Positions 46,189 to 54,463 of a stretch of 59,673 bases of DNA are shown one piece after another. The DNA is from Candidatus Nanosyncoccus sp. (GTDB lineage: Bacteria; Patescibacteriota; Saccharimonadia; Saccharimonadales; Saccharimonadaceae), in contig JAZQBP010000008.1 of the NCBI GenBank assembly GCA_045545815.1, forward strand, positions 1 through 59,673. The letters run 5' to 3'. The position numbers and the translations under genes were made by a program. The notes beneath the pieces were generated by a model, which was not told the DNA's origin, did not search any database, and saw only the letters and a program-made list of their open reading frames with translations. Position 1 is the stretch's first letter. Each line of letters opens with the position of its first letter.

Positions 46189-46256
46189 GCAAATATGTTG
46201 GGATTTAAGCCTCATTGGCGATGTCGTTCGCCTTGAGGCTTTTTGTCTGTCACCTC
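46189..46256 (+). ncRNA. Putative trans-acting antisense RNA/attenuator
   Basis: Starts 7 nt after the -10; 5' 15 nt and 3' 9 nt complementary to 14799-14813 and 14787-14795; central hairpin. Confidence 0.65.
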
Positions 46257-46288
46257 GCTATACGGCAAATAACGGAGGTACGATTTTC

Positions 46289-46564
46289 GTGGAAATCAAA
46301 TTCCTGAAAGTTGAGTTTGAGCTTATGACGAGATATGGCGTAGATACTGCCATCTTTGTTTCATATCTTAAGTTTGTTGAACGCAACCGTCCGAAGGACG
46401 ATTATGGCTACTTCTGTTTTGATTCTAACTATGCGTTGAAGGTTCTTCCGTATGGTCTGACTAAATTCAAGCAAGTTAGGAAACAAGCTGTTGAAGCGAA
46501 ACTTATAGACTATATTCCAGGGAATAATCAGAATATAAAGCCTAGATATAGAATCGCAAAATAG
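46289..46564 (+). CDS. Small winged-helix protein resembling phage replication-initiator N-termini
   Basis: GGAGGT RBS; GYF...L...GLT...KLI...PRYRI pattern; precedes ori-like repeats. Confidence 0.55.
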   Translation: MEIKFLKVEFELMTRYGVDTAIFVSYLKFVERNRPKDDYGYFCFDSNYALKVLPYGLTKFKQVRKQAVEAKLIDYIPGNNQNIKPRYRIAK

Positions 46565-46629
46565 ACGATCGCAACAGGGGTAGCACAATAGTTCTACCTC
46601 TGTTTTTTGTTAGTATAATCTGTTAGACC

Positions 46630-46749
46630 TGTGGAAAACTACCCCATTTTCTGTGGATAACTATGCGAAAAAGTCTGTGGAAATGTCTTTTCGCTGGTCA
46701 TATTACGACCACCGGATAACAGAGGTGCGCTGGTCGTAATGCGACCACC
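46630..46749. other. Putative phage replication origin
   Basis: DnaA-box-like TGTGGAAAA, TGTGGATAA (perfect), TGTGGAAAT, then two palindromic 22-bp direct repeats at 46692 and 46728. Confidence 0.6.
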
Positions 46750-46814
46750 CATACAAAAGGAAATAAAACTAATAGTAATAGGCTACTACGGCTAATTATT
46801 TGAAAGGATTATTC

Positions 46815-47720
46815 ATGAACAACTATTCAAAGTTTAAGAATCAGCACCTACCTGACTATTCATATATCGAGCATCGTGGGAATGCACCAATCTATGACCA
46901 AGCAAACCAATATCTAAGGTATTGCTCTGTGACGAGACAAATGAGTCCAATGACAATAAGAAGCAAACAGTCAGCCTTGCGAAATCTGATTGTCGAAAGT
47001 AAGTGCAGAGATTTGCAAGAACTGACTAATGCAGATTATGACAGATTTGTTCAATGCGAACTAGATAGAAAAGTTTGTTGTAGGACAATTAACACGAAAA
47101 CGGCACATATTGTTGCTTTCATTAAGTATTGGAAGGAGCTTGATATGAAGATTCCGATCAGGATTCCGCTCATCGTTAAACTCAAGGAACAGCCACCCCG
47201 CAGGGCTTGTTATACGAGACAAGAAATCGAAGAAGTCTTGGATAATTGTAACTCTGACATACAATGGCTTTTGATTAAGATCGCATTCGATACTGGCATG
47301 AGAATCAACGAATTAAGGAATCTGAGCCTCTCGCAGATACATGGAAGGCGAATCAATTTCATCGGCAAAGGAACTAAAGAACGAGAGGTTTACTTGACCG
47401 TTGCTGCAAATGAACGGCTTCTTGAATACATTGAGAAGCATCCAGAAATCGAAGATCGCATTTGGATGAATGAATGGGGTTATCCTATGTCAGTAGACAC
47501 GATCCGTAGAATCATGAGAGAAGCTTTTGTTCGTTGTGGACATGATGATTTCTATCCTCACGCACTACGACATAGCTTTGGTTCTGATATTCAAAAACAA
47601 GGTGCAGATATTTTTGTAATCAAGGAAATGATGGGACACTCAAATATCGCAACGACTCAAAAATATCTACATAGTCTCGATGGGCAATTAGCCAACTTGT
47701 TTGATATGTATAAGCGCTAA
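46815..47720 (+). CDS. Tyrosine integrase/recombinase
   Basis: TGMRINE (R), GKG (K), HALRH, MGHS, TQKY; ~290 bp from attR. Confidence 0.93.
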   Translation: MNNYSKFKNQHLPDYSYIEHRGNAPIYDQANQYLRYCSVTRQMSPMTIRSKQSALRNLIVESKCRDLQELTNADYDRFVQCELDRKVCCRTINTKTAHIVAFIKYWKELDMKIPIRIPLIVKLKEQPPRRACYTRQEIEEVLDNCNSDIQWLLIKIAFDTGMRINELRNLSLSQIHGRRINFIGKGTKEREVYLTVAANERLLEYIEKHPEIEDRIWMNEWGYPMSVDTIRRIMREAFVRCGHDDFYPHALRHSFGSDIQKQGADIFVIKEMMGHSNIATTQKYLHSLDGQLANLFDMYKR

Positions 47721-48011
47721 TTCCATCAATGCTCCATGTGGTCAGCTATCTATTCTTCGGCTACATGGAGCGCTAAGTATAACCGGCTTCTTGACGAAAG
47801 TTGAAAAATTTGATAGAATAGGAGTATCGATGACATTGAACATTGATACGAACACGATATTTTAGCAAATATAATAAAGCTAAAGAAAGGAGTGGACGTA
47901 CGGAAGTTCGACTCGCCATCCAGCAGATTCAAAACTAAATTGAAACCGACAATGTTTCTTTTAGCGAGTATCTGTATAGGATGCTCTAAAGTTAACCTTA
48001 AGGGGCAACAT

Positions 48012-48068
48012 TAGAGCGCTTCCATGGCATGGAAGAGGTGAGGAGTTCGAACCTCCTGCACTCCACCA
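48012..48068 (+). pseudogene. 3' fragment of the interrupted tRNA-Ala(GGC); attR
   Basis: TAGAGCGCTTCCATGGCATGGAAG...GCACTCCACCA lacking its 5' 19 nt, which lie at 14541-14559. Confidence 0.9.
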
Positions 48069-48149
48069 ACCAAGAAAAATACTCATTGGAAACGATGGGA
48101 TTTTTGTTTTAAGCCAGTTTCGATAAGAAGCTAGCTTTTTTCTTTGATT

Positions 48150-48253
48150 GAGGCGATAAGACAAAAAACCTCACGGCGAACGACATCGCCATTGAGGCTT
48201 TTTTCCAACATATTGTCACTTATGATTATAGCAAATAACACCTTAAAAGTCAA
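48150..48253 (-). ncRNA. Second copy of the promoter + antisense RNA unit, outside the prophage
   Basis: TTGACT-17-TATAAT (48253-48225), AATATGTTGG seed, same GCCTCA..GGCGATGTCGTTCGCC..TGAGG hairpin. Confidence 0.65.
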
Positions 48254-48317
48254 TCCGATAAGTTTAATAAATGCGTCCTTGGTGGTATAATTAATTTAAC
48301 TAATAGAGGACAATTAC

Positions 48318-48788
48318 ATGGCTAAGAAGAATGGTTCCAACACAAAGCTAATCATCTCCATAGTCTCTTCAATCGTGGGGATTGGTCTGCTAATCGGCAG
48401 CTATTTTATCGGCTACAATGTAGCAGAAAGCAAATATCAACCAGTCGCCGCTAGTGAAGAGCAATATAACAAAATTGTGGGAGTGTATAAGCGTTCCTAC
48501 TATAATAATTATAACAAGAGTGTCGACTCTTATGCAGTCTTGCGTGATGATGGCACTTGCTACTACATCGAATCTATCAGAACAGACCTCTCAACGACCG
48601 TAGACTTCAATGATAGAAGCCAAAACTGCAAATATACTTACGATGATGGCACGAAAAGCGGCAAGATCGAAATCACTTATGAGTACACTGTAAACGGACA
48701 AAATGAATCCAAAGTCCAACCAATGAACTTTACTTTTAACTATGGCTCACTAATAATTGGCGGTGCCTCATACGGTAGAATACAGTAG
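48318..48788 (+). CDS. Paralogue of prophage membrane protein 45613-46089
   Basis: Shared GIGLLIGSYFIGYNVA, KIVGVYKRSYYNNYNKSVDSYA, LSTTVDFNDRSQ, NFTFNYGSL. Confidence 0.85.
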   Translation: MAKKNGSNTKLIISIVSSIVGIGLLIGSYFIGYNVAESKYQPVAASEEQYNKIVGVYKRSYYNNYNKSVDSYAVLRDDGTCYYIESIRTDLSTTVDFNDRSQNCKYTYDDGTKSGKIEITYEYTVNGQNESKVQPMNFTFNYGSLIIGGASYGRIQ

Positions 48789-48820
48789 AAAGATTATGCT
48801 TAATATGATATAATACTAGT

Positions 48821-48882
48821 AGAGAGCTCCGCCAGCCCAAGGGATTTAATCCTGAGGAGGCCTCTGGAGTTCTCTGTTTTTT
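48821..48882 (+). ncRNA. Putative small structured RNA 1
   Basis: TGATATAAT promoter, AGAGAGCTCC/GGAGTTCTCT closing stem, T-run. Confidence 0.5.
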
Positions 48883-48913
48883 ATTAATTAAAAATATATG
48901 TTATAATATCAAT

Positions 48914-48976
48914 GGAAGCTCCCCCCGAATAGGGACTTTGTCCTGAAGTCGGCTCTTAACCGGAGCTTCTTTTTTT
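48914..48976 (+). ncRNA. Putative small structured RNA 2 (related to RNA 1)
   Basis: TGTTATAAT promoter, GGAAGCTCC/GGAGCTTCT stem, T-run, shared AGGGA-hairpin-TCCTGA. Confidence 0.5.
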
Positions 48977-49032
48977 GTGATATAATATTTGTATATGAAG
49001 TATAGATGTAGCAGATAAATCGTATAAACCGC

Positions 49033-49106
49033 GCCCCTGAATCGCGGATTCGATGCTCTGCTCTTCTAAAGCTAGGTTCCCAGTTCGACTCTGGGCAGGG
49101 GTACCA
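49033..49106 (+). tRNA. Atypical or degenerate tRNA-Arg(TCT)-like gene
   Basis: Paired acceptor GCCCCTG/CAGGGGT+ACCA, perfect T-arm, CTTCTAA loop; non-canonical D-arm and weak anticodon stem. Confidence 0.55.
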
Positions 49107-49140
49107 GAATTATTTTTTTAATAATTCATGATATAATATT

Positions 49141-49308
49141 GATTAGTAGCTTGACGACTGGAAATTGGTCGACCAGCACTGGAGAACGCTCCTGACGATG
49201 ATGAACTTCGGCCATCATCCAAGCTACCTATCGGGACTTTGAGAACCACTATCCATACGGAAGTTGTCCCACCGTACTGGTTCATTTGAACCGATAGTGG
49301 TCCTTTTT
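49141..49308 (+). ncRNA. Putative two-domain structured RNA
   Basis: TGATATAAT at 49129; closing stems 49146-53/49220-27 and 49245-53/49293-301; terminal T-run. Confidence 0.45.
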
Positions 49309-49484
49309 ATATCTGATAATTCACGACAAGTACAAAAAACATGGTTTTTGTCTATTTGGAACGGCAAGCAAAATTCAGTTGTTTGACAGGAACGGCAAAA
49401 CATGACACTCCCATAAATAATACGCTGGTACGACAAACCAAGAGCCTGCTCTTGGATTGTTGATGTCTAGAATTTACAAATGTA

Positions 49485-50780
49485 TTAGCGCAACTGGACT
49501 CCGGAATTTTCAAGACCGTCGCCATATTCCTCTTCGAAATGCTGATATCTTCGTTCTACCCAATCCAAAAGATAATCTACTTCTGCGTAGAAATCGTCTC
49601 TACCCCATCTTTCGTTGTCTGCCACAGCTCTTTCACTAATCATAGCTGCAATAGAAAGCATATGTTGCCTCAGCTCTGCTTTTCGTCCCGCCATCCTCTC
49701 GACATAGACTCGTCGTACTTCGCTCTGAAACTCAGGTATCTCAAGTAGCTGATACATCACTCTTGCGATATTAGCATCGCGCTTTTCTCCATCAGACATC
49801 GCTTCAGGACGGCGTATCATCTTCTGCTCAGGTGAATGAAAGTCGGTGTTTTCTGTCCAAACCCACTGGCGATTGCCTAGCGCAAGATCATAATCCCAAC
49901 CAGGCCCCGCATGAATCTTGTCTTCCGCCCCATCCTTATACAAAAACCAACTCGTCGTATAGGCATCAGGATCAACTGTAAATTCAGACAATAGATAGTA
50001 TTTAGCAAATGATTCTACGTCAATGGTTTCTGAAATCTTTTCATAATCTTCTTCCTGTATAGCAGACTCAAGTCTTTTGTAGGCGCTCAAGAAATCTTGT
50101 GTTGCGATCTCTTTATTCACATCATCTACCACATCCTTCACCACAAGGCAGATTGGTTCGCCCACACGACGGCAATCAGCGTCAGCGCCATGAAGATTAT
50201 CCATTTCCACGAGAATACCTAGTGGCTCTCTAAGATCGATAGAATTTTTACTGATTTCCAGTCTATTAGTAACATAATAGAGACCAAGATCATTCCCGCC
50301 AATCACCACTTCAGCATATCTACCCCTCATAGCATATTCCTGGCCCAGCATCTCTTCGAGATAAAATGCCGTGTCATTCCTAAGATGAGATGCATCAAGA
50401 TAATCCGCAAGCAGAACCCAACGTTTCCCTCTGCCCATTCCTAGTATATCTACCCGCTTTGCAAACTTTAGCTGATATGGCTTCTTGGGTTGTGTCCAAG
50501 TCGAATTCCCGCGCCCCTTAATCTCTACATTACTGAAATGCTTAGTGTCCGAAACGTCATATAGCAGCACTTCATTTCCATCATATTTCTCCGATTTCTC
50601 CCCATTATTAATGTCGTCGAGAGAAATATTGTTTAGATATACCTGAAGAAGTGGAAAGCCGTCGCTGACCGCAACTGTATCTCTAGGTCTTAAGTCAAGC
50701 CAAAGCATCGTACCCAAAAAGGCTACGCCAAGTACTACACATATAATTATCTTCCACTGAAGACTAATGCGCTTCAACAT
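49485..50780 (-). CDS. CotH kinase family protein
   Basis: KGRGNSTW, KKPYQLK, WVLLA, GPGWDYDLALG. Confidence 0.88.
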   Translation of the reverse strand: MLKRISLQWKIIICVVLGVAFLGTMLWLDLRPRDTVAVSDGFPLLQVYLNNISLDDINNGEKSEKYDGNEVLLYDVSDTKHFSNVEIKGRGNSTWTQPKKPYQLKFAKRVDILGMGRGKRWVLLADYLDASHLRNDTAFYLEEMLGQEYAMRGRYAEVVIGGNDLGLYYVTNRLEISKNSIDLREPLGILVEMDNLHGADADCRRVGEPICLVVKDVVDDVNKEIATQDFLSAYKRLESAIQEEDYEKISETIDVESFAKYYLLSEFTVDPDAYTTSWFLYKDGAEDKIHAGPGWDYDLALGNRQWVWTENTDFHSPEQKMIRRPEAMSDGEKRDANIARVMYQLLEIPEFQSEVRRVYVERMAGRKAELRQHMLSIAAMISERAVADNERWGRDDFYAEVDYLLDWVERRYQHFEEEYGDGLENSGVQLR

Positions 50781-50836
50781 AAATCCATTTTACCATAAAA
50801 AGAGGCTCTCATACAGTAAGAGAAGCCTCTACATTC

Positions 50837-51445
50837 CTAAACAGCATCGGCAAACACCACTAGACGATGGGTTGCATCACCTCCAGGCAAAGGAGTACCA
50901 GTACAAGTCATCAAGGACAGACTATGACCATTTGCATTGATTTCCACCTGGTAAGTCAAGTTGTAACTACCATTTAGATAACCGTTCGCCGCCTTTTCAT
51001 AAACAATTTTATCAGCCACACGATAACTTCTCGTCACACCTCCCTCTGTCACAGTAAATACCTCACCGATATTAAGAGATGGGAGATTGCCAAGTAAAGC
51101 CGCCGAATTATGACCATAGATAAACTTACCAGTCCGGTAAATATCAGAATAACTTAGATTGCCACCAGCGATCTCGCCAGTTACGATAGTCACAGTATAA
51201 TTCTTGGGAGCAGCAACTGGCACACTCGCTGTCCCAGCCACAGGAGCCTTCACGATCGGCTGAGGGGTAGCGGTAACTACCTCGGCCGGCTTCTCCTCTG
51301 GTTTCTCAGGTAAAATTACGGTCTCTACCACAGACGAAGTATCAAGACCCATCACTGAGACATGATCAGTCGCCGACAACATAATCGGGTTCATGATCAC
51401 CCCGATCATACCAGAGATAAATAACAAAAAAGGCGTCTTCGCCAT
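50837..51445 (-). CDS. Sortase-like protein
   Basis: IYGHN, LSLMTC, HRLVVFA catalytic His/Cys/Arg pattern. Confidence 0.7.
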   Translation of the reverse strand: MAKTPFLLFISGMIGVIMNPIMLSATDHVSVMGLDTSSVVETVILPEKPEEKPAEVVTATPQPIVKAPVAGTASVPVAAPKNYTVTIVTGEIAGGNLSYSDIYRTGKFIYGHNSAALLGNLPSLNIGEVFTVTEGGVTRSYRVADKIVYEKAANGYLNGSYNLTYQVEINANGHSLSLMTCTGTPLPGGDATHRLVVFADAV

Positions 51446-51533
51446 ATAAAACTCCCAATTATGACCAATAATGCCTTAATTATAGCATACAAAAGCCAAA
51501 ATGTCAATGGTTATACAACAAAGACGCAACTAA

Positions 51534-52913
51534 TCAAATATTCTCATTCGGTAGAGGGTAGTTTAGTGCTAATTCCCTCACTTCTTCATGGATTCTCTCT
51601 AACTGATCGCTATACTCATTTAATCGCCCCTCTTCGCCAGTTTCCGCACAAATCTTCGCAACTTCTAACATCCAGCCAGCCAACCGCTCCATTTCTTTAA
51701 CTCTTAGTCCCCTAGTAGTTACCGCAGGCGTGCCAAGTCGCACCCCATTAGGTCGAAAAGCCCCGCCCTTATCTCCAGGCAAACTATTCGCATTAAGAGT
51801 CAGACCCACCATGTCAAGTGCCTTCTCATACAGCTTTCCTGTTATACCGAAGCTCTTTTTCATATCAATCAAAATCAAATGATTCTCTGTGCCATCCCCC
51901 ACCAACCTAAATCCACGCTTCTTTAGCTCTTCCGCCAAGAAAGAAGCATTCTCGACGACCTTCTTCGCATATTCCTTAAATTCAGGCCTTAAAGCCTCGC
52001 CAAAAGCCACCGCCTTAGCCGCGATCACATGCTCAAGTGGCCCACCTTGTGTGCCTGGGAATACCGCTTTATCAACCAACACTGGTAGATCTTTAAGACT
52101 ACGCTCAGGAGTCTTCTTAAGAGGAGAGCCGACTCGCCCCATTGTCAGGATCAATCCACCACGAGGGCCACGCAAAGTCTTATGAGTAGTAGTAGTCATC
52201 ACATTAAAACCATACTTCAATGGGTTCGGATGCACCCCAGCCGCAATTAGTCCAGCCACATGTGCCATATCTGCCATCAAAAGAATCTCATGCCCCCACT
52301 TTGCTTCTGCTTCATCGCGGATCTTCGCAACTCTCGCAAAATCCGGCACTTTCATAAAGGCAGAATAGCCTACGAGAATCAACCTCACATCGTTCGAAAG
52401 AGCGAGTTCACGCATCTCCTCGTAATCAATATCCCCTGATTCATCAGTACCATAACCGACAAAGTCATAGATATGCGCACTCCTAGTGACCGGCGAACCG
52501 TGTGTCAGGTGACCACCATGCCCCAAATCCATAGCAAGCACCTTATTACCAGGCGAAAGCCAAGCATAATACACCGCTTCATTTGCGTTCGCCCCAGAAT
52601 GAGGCTGTACATTAGCATGATCCGCCTCAAATAGCCGACAGGCTCTACTGATCGCTAGTCGCTCAATCCTATCCACATTGATCTGGCCGCCATAATAACG
52701 ATAATTCGGCAAGACCTCTCTAGATATCTCATCCTCACTCCAACCAGGTATTCCCTCAAAACTCGGATATCCCTCGGAGTATTTATTTGTCAGTACAGAA
52801 CCCATCGCCTTTAAAACTTCCGCCGAAACATAATTTTCACTCGGTATCAGTTCTAACCCTTCACGTTGACGTTTTTCCTCCTCCGAGATTAATCTAAAAA
52901 CTGCATCACTCAT
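51534..52913 (-). CDS. glyA: Serine hydroxymethyltransferase
   Basis: ELIPSEN, NKYSEGYP, TTTTHKTLRGPRGG. Confidence 0.96.
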   Translation of the reverse strand: MSDAVFRLISEEEKRQREGLELIPSENYVSAEVLKAMGSVLTNKYSEGYPSFEGIPGWSEDEISREVLPNYRYYGGQINVDRIERLAISRACRLFEADHANVQPHSGANANEAVYYAWLSPGNKVLAMDLGHGGHLTHGSPVTRSAHIYDFVGYGTDESGDIDYEEMRELALSNDVRLILVGYSAFMKVPDFARVAKIRDEAEAKWGHEILLMADMAHVAGLIAAGVHPNPLKYGFNVMTTTTHKTLRGPRGGLILTMGRVGSPLKKTPERSLKDLPVLVDKAVFPGTQGGPLEHVIAAKAVAFGEALRPEFKEYAKKVVENASFLAEELKKRGFRLVGDGTENHLILIDMKKSFGITGKLYEKALDMVGLTLNANSLPGDKGGAFRPNGVRLGTPAVTTRGLRVKEMERLAGWMLEVAKICAETGEEGRLNEYSDQLERIHEEVRELALNYPLPNENI

Positions 52914-53385
52914 CTTTCCTCCTATAAACCTTAAAGCTATATTTTACATTATCTTCTTCGCCCTCACCAACGATTTCGCAAATAAACTTATATCGGTCAA
53001 ATTCCGGGAAAAAGGCATCTGCTTCAGGCTCTTCAGCCTCTACCTCAGTCAGGTAAAGCTTGCTTGCATAAGGCAAAGCTTCAAAATATACCATTCCACC
53101 CCCGATCACAAATATCTCCTCATCAGAATCCGCAACATCCTTTAAATAATCACCGAGGTCATGGATCACTTCATCCGCCCCCTCAACCTCATGACGCGAT
53201 ACTACGATATTTTTCCTGCCAGGTAATTTTCGTGGTAAAGACTCCCATGTTTTCCGCCCCATCAAGACTGGATGCCCCATGGTTGTTTCTTTAAAATACT
53301 TCATGTCCTCTGGCAAACGAAAGATCAGCTCTCCATCTTTACCGAGTTCCCTATTCTTACCAATCGCTGCGATCAGACTGATCAT
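52906..53385 (-). CDS. folA: Dihydrofolate reductase
   Basis: MGRKTWESL, LPGRKNIV, VIGGG. Confidence 0.93.
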   Translation of the reverse strand: MISLIAAIGKNRELGKDGELIFRLPEDMKYFKETTMGHPVLMGRKTWESLPRKLPGRKNIVVSRHEVEGADEVIHDLGDYLKDVADSDEEIFVIGGGMVYFEALPYASKLYLTEVEAEEPEADAFFPEFDRYKFICEIVGEGEEDNVKYSFKVYRRKDE

Positions 53386-53387
53386 TC

Positions 53388-54353
53388 CTACTCCGTCACC
53401 GGCATCTTGATCACACCAAGATGCTCATACCCTTCAAGTTTGATATCTTTGAGCTCACGCGAATTATCAAATTCATAGAAATCATGTATCTCGGGATTGA
53501 GCCACAGCTTCGGCGCCTTTGGTAGACCACCTGATTTCATCGCCTTATCATATCTTTCGATCTGTTCACGGATCCCCTCAATCTGATTCTTATAGATGTG
53601 GGCGTCGTTAGTGATAAAAGTCATCTGTCCTGGTTTCACTTCAACCGAAGCTGCGATCAAATGGCAAAGCACAGCATATTGCACCACATTAAACGGCAAT
53701 CCAAGTGGCACATCGGAAGAACGCGACGTCACAAGTAGGTTCAATCGGCCGTTCGTCACGTTCCACTGTGAATTCCAAACACAAGAAGGTAGCGCCGCCG
53801 TTTCTAGCCACTCATTCTGCCAGAGCGACAATACCATCCGTCGATTTCCAGGGTTACTCTTCAAAGTCTCGATCAAATTGCGTATCAGGTCGTATCTATT
53901 CACGATCCAACCATAAGCTGTACCGATCGTATGCGCAAAATCCTCCGGCGCGAGATCTGAATGATGTTTTTTAAAAAGCTCGTTTAGGTTCCGACCTTGA
54001 TAAGTGCCATCCTCAGCTACCTCCCATTCGTTCCAGATCTTCACATTCCTTTCTTGCAACCACCTCACATCGTTCGAAGCCGCCTGATAGATCCATAATA
54101 TCTCAAGCACCGCCGTCTTAAAACCAACCTTCTTAGTAGTTAGAATCGGAAACTCTTCCTCAAGATCAAATTGTAATACCTGATGAGGTAACCTAATCGT
54201 TTCTGCCTCACTCGCCCCCTGTGCCGTATGGTCCGGAATAGCCTGCGCCACTTTCGCACTACGTTTGTCAGATTTCTTATAATTCGTAATACTCTCCCCC
54301 TGCGCCAAAATCCGCTTACATAGATCAATATACTGGTCATCAAACTTACTCAT
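53388..54353 (-). CDS. thyA: Thymidylate synthase
   Basis: FPILTTKK, ALPSC, RSSDVPLGLPFN, DAHIY. Confidence 0.95.
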   Translation of the reverse strand: MSKFDDQYIDLCKRILAQGESITNYKKSDKRSAKVAQAIPDHTAQGASEAETIRLPHQVLQFDLEEEFPILTTKKVGFKTAVLEILWIYQAASNDVRWLQERNVKIWNEWEVAEDGTYQGRNLNELFKKHHSDLAPEDFAHTIGTAYGWIVNRYDLIRNLIETLKSNPGNRRMVLSLWQNEWLETAALPSCVWNSQWNVTNGRLNLLVTSRSSDVPLGLPFNVVQYAVLCHLIAASVEVKPGQMTFITNDAHIYKNQIEGIREQIERYDKAMKSGGLPKAPKLWLNPEIHDFYEFDNSRELKDIKLEGYEHLGVIKMPVTE

Positions 54354-54463
54354 TTTACCTCCAATTTATTCCATTATAGCACACAAAATTCTAGAAACTT
54401 CTCAAATAGTACACCAAAACCACTGGATATAAAATCGATATTATCTAAATATATGTTTGACAG

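Larger units (their letters stand above)
14560..48021. mobile_element. Integrated siphovirus-like prophage, ~33.5 kb
   Basis: 10-bp direct repeat TAGAGCGCTT at both ends inside a split tRNA; integrase, terminase, portal, capsid, tail, tape measure and lysin genes present. Confidence 0.95.

Noticed and set aside
47889-47926. gtggacgtacggaagttcgactcgccatcc resembling a tRNA/tmRNA 3' end near attR
   Set aside because: No paired T-stem or acceptor stem and no CCA; too degenerate
49160-49205. CTGACGA and GAAA suggesting a hammerhead ribozyme; CGACTGG suggesting a ZTP riboswitch
   Set aside because: Required stem II pairing and UH site, or the 3' GCCTGGGC element, are missing
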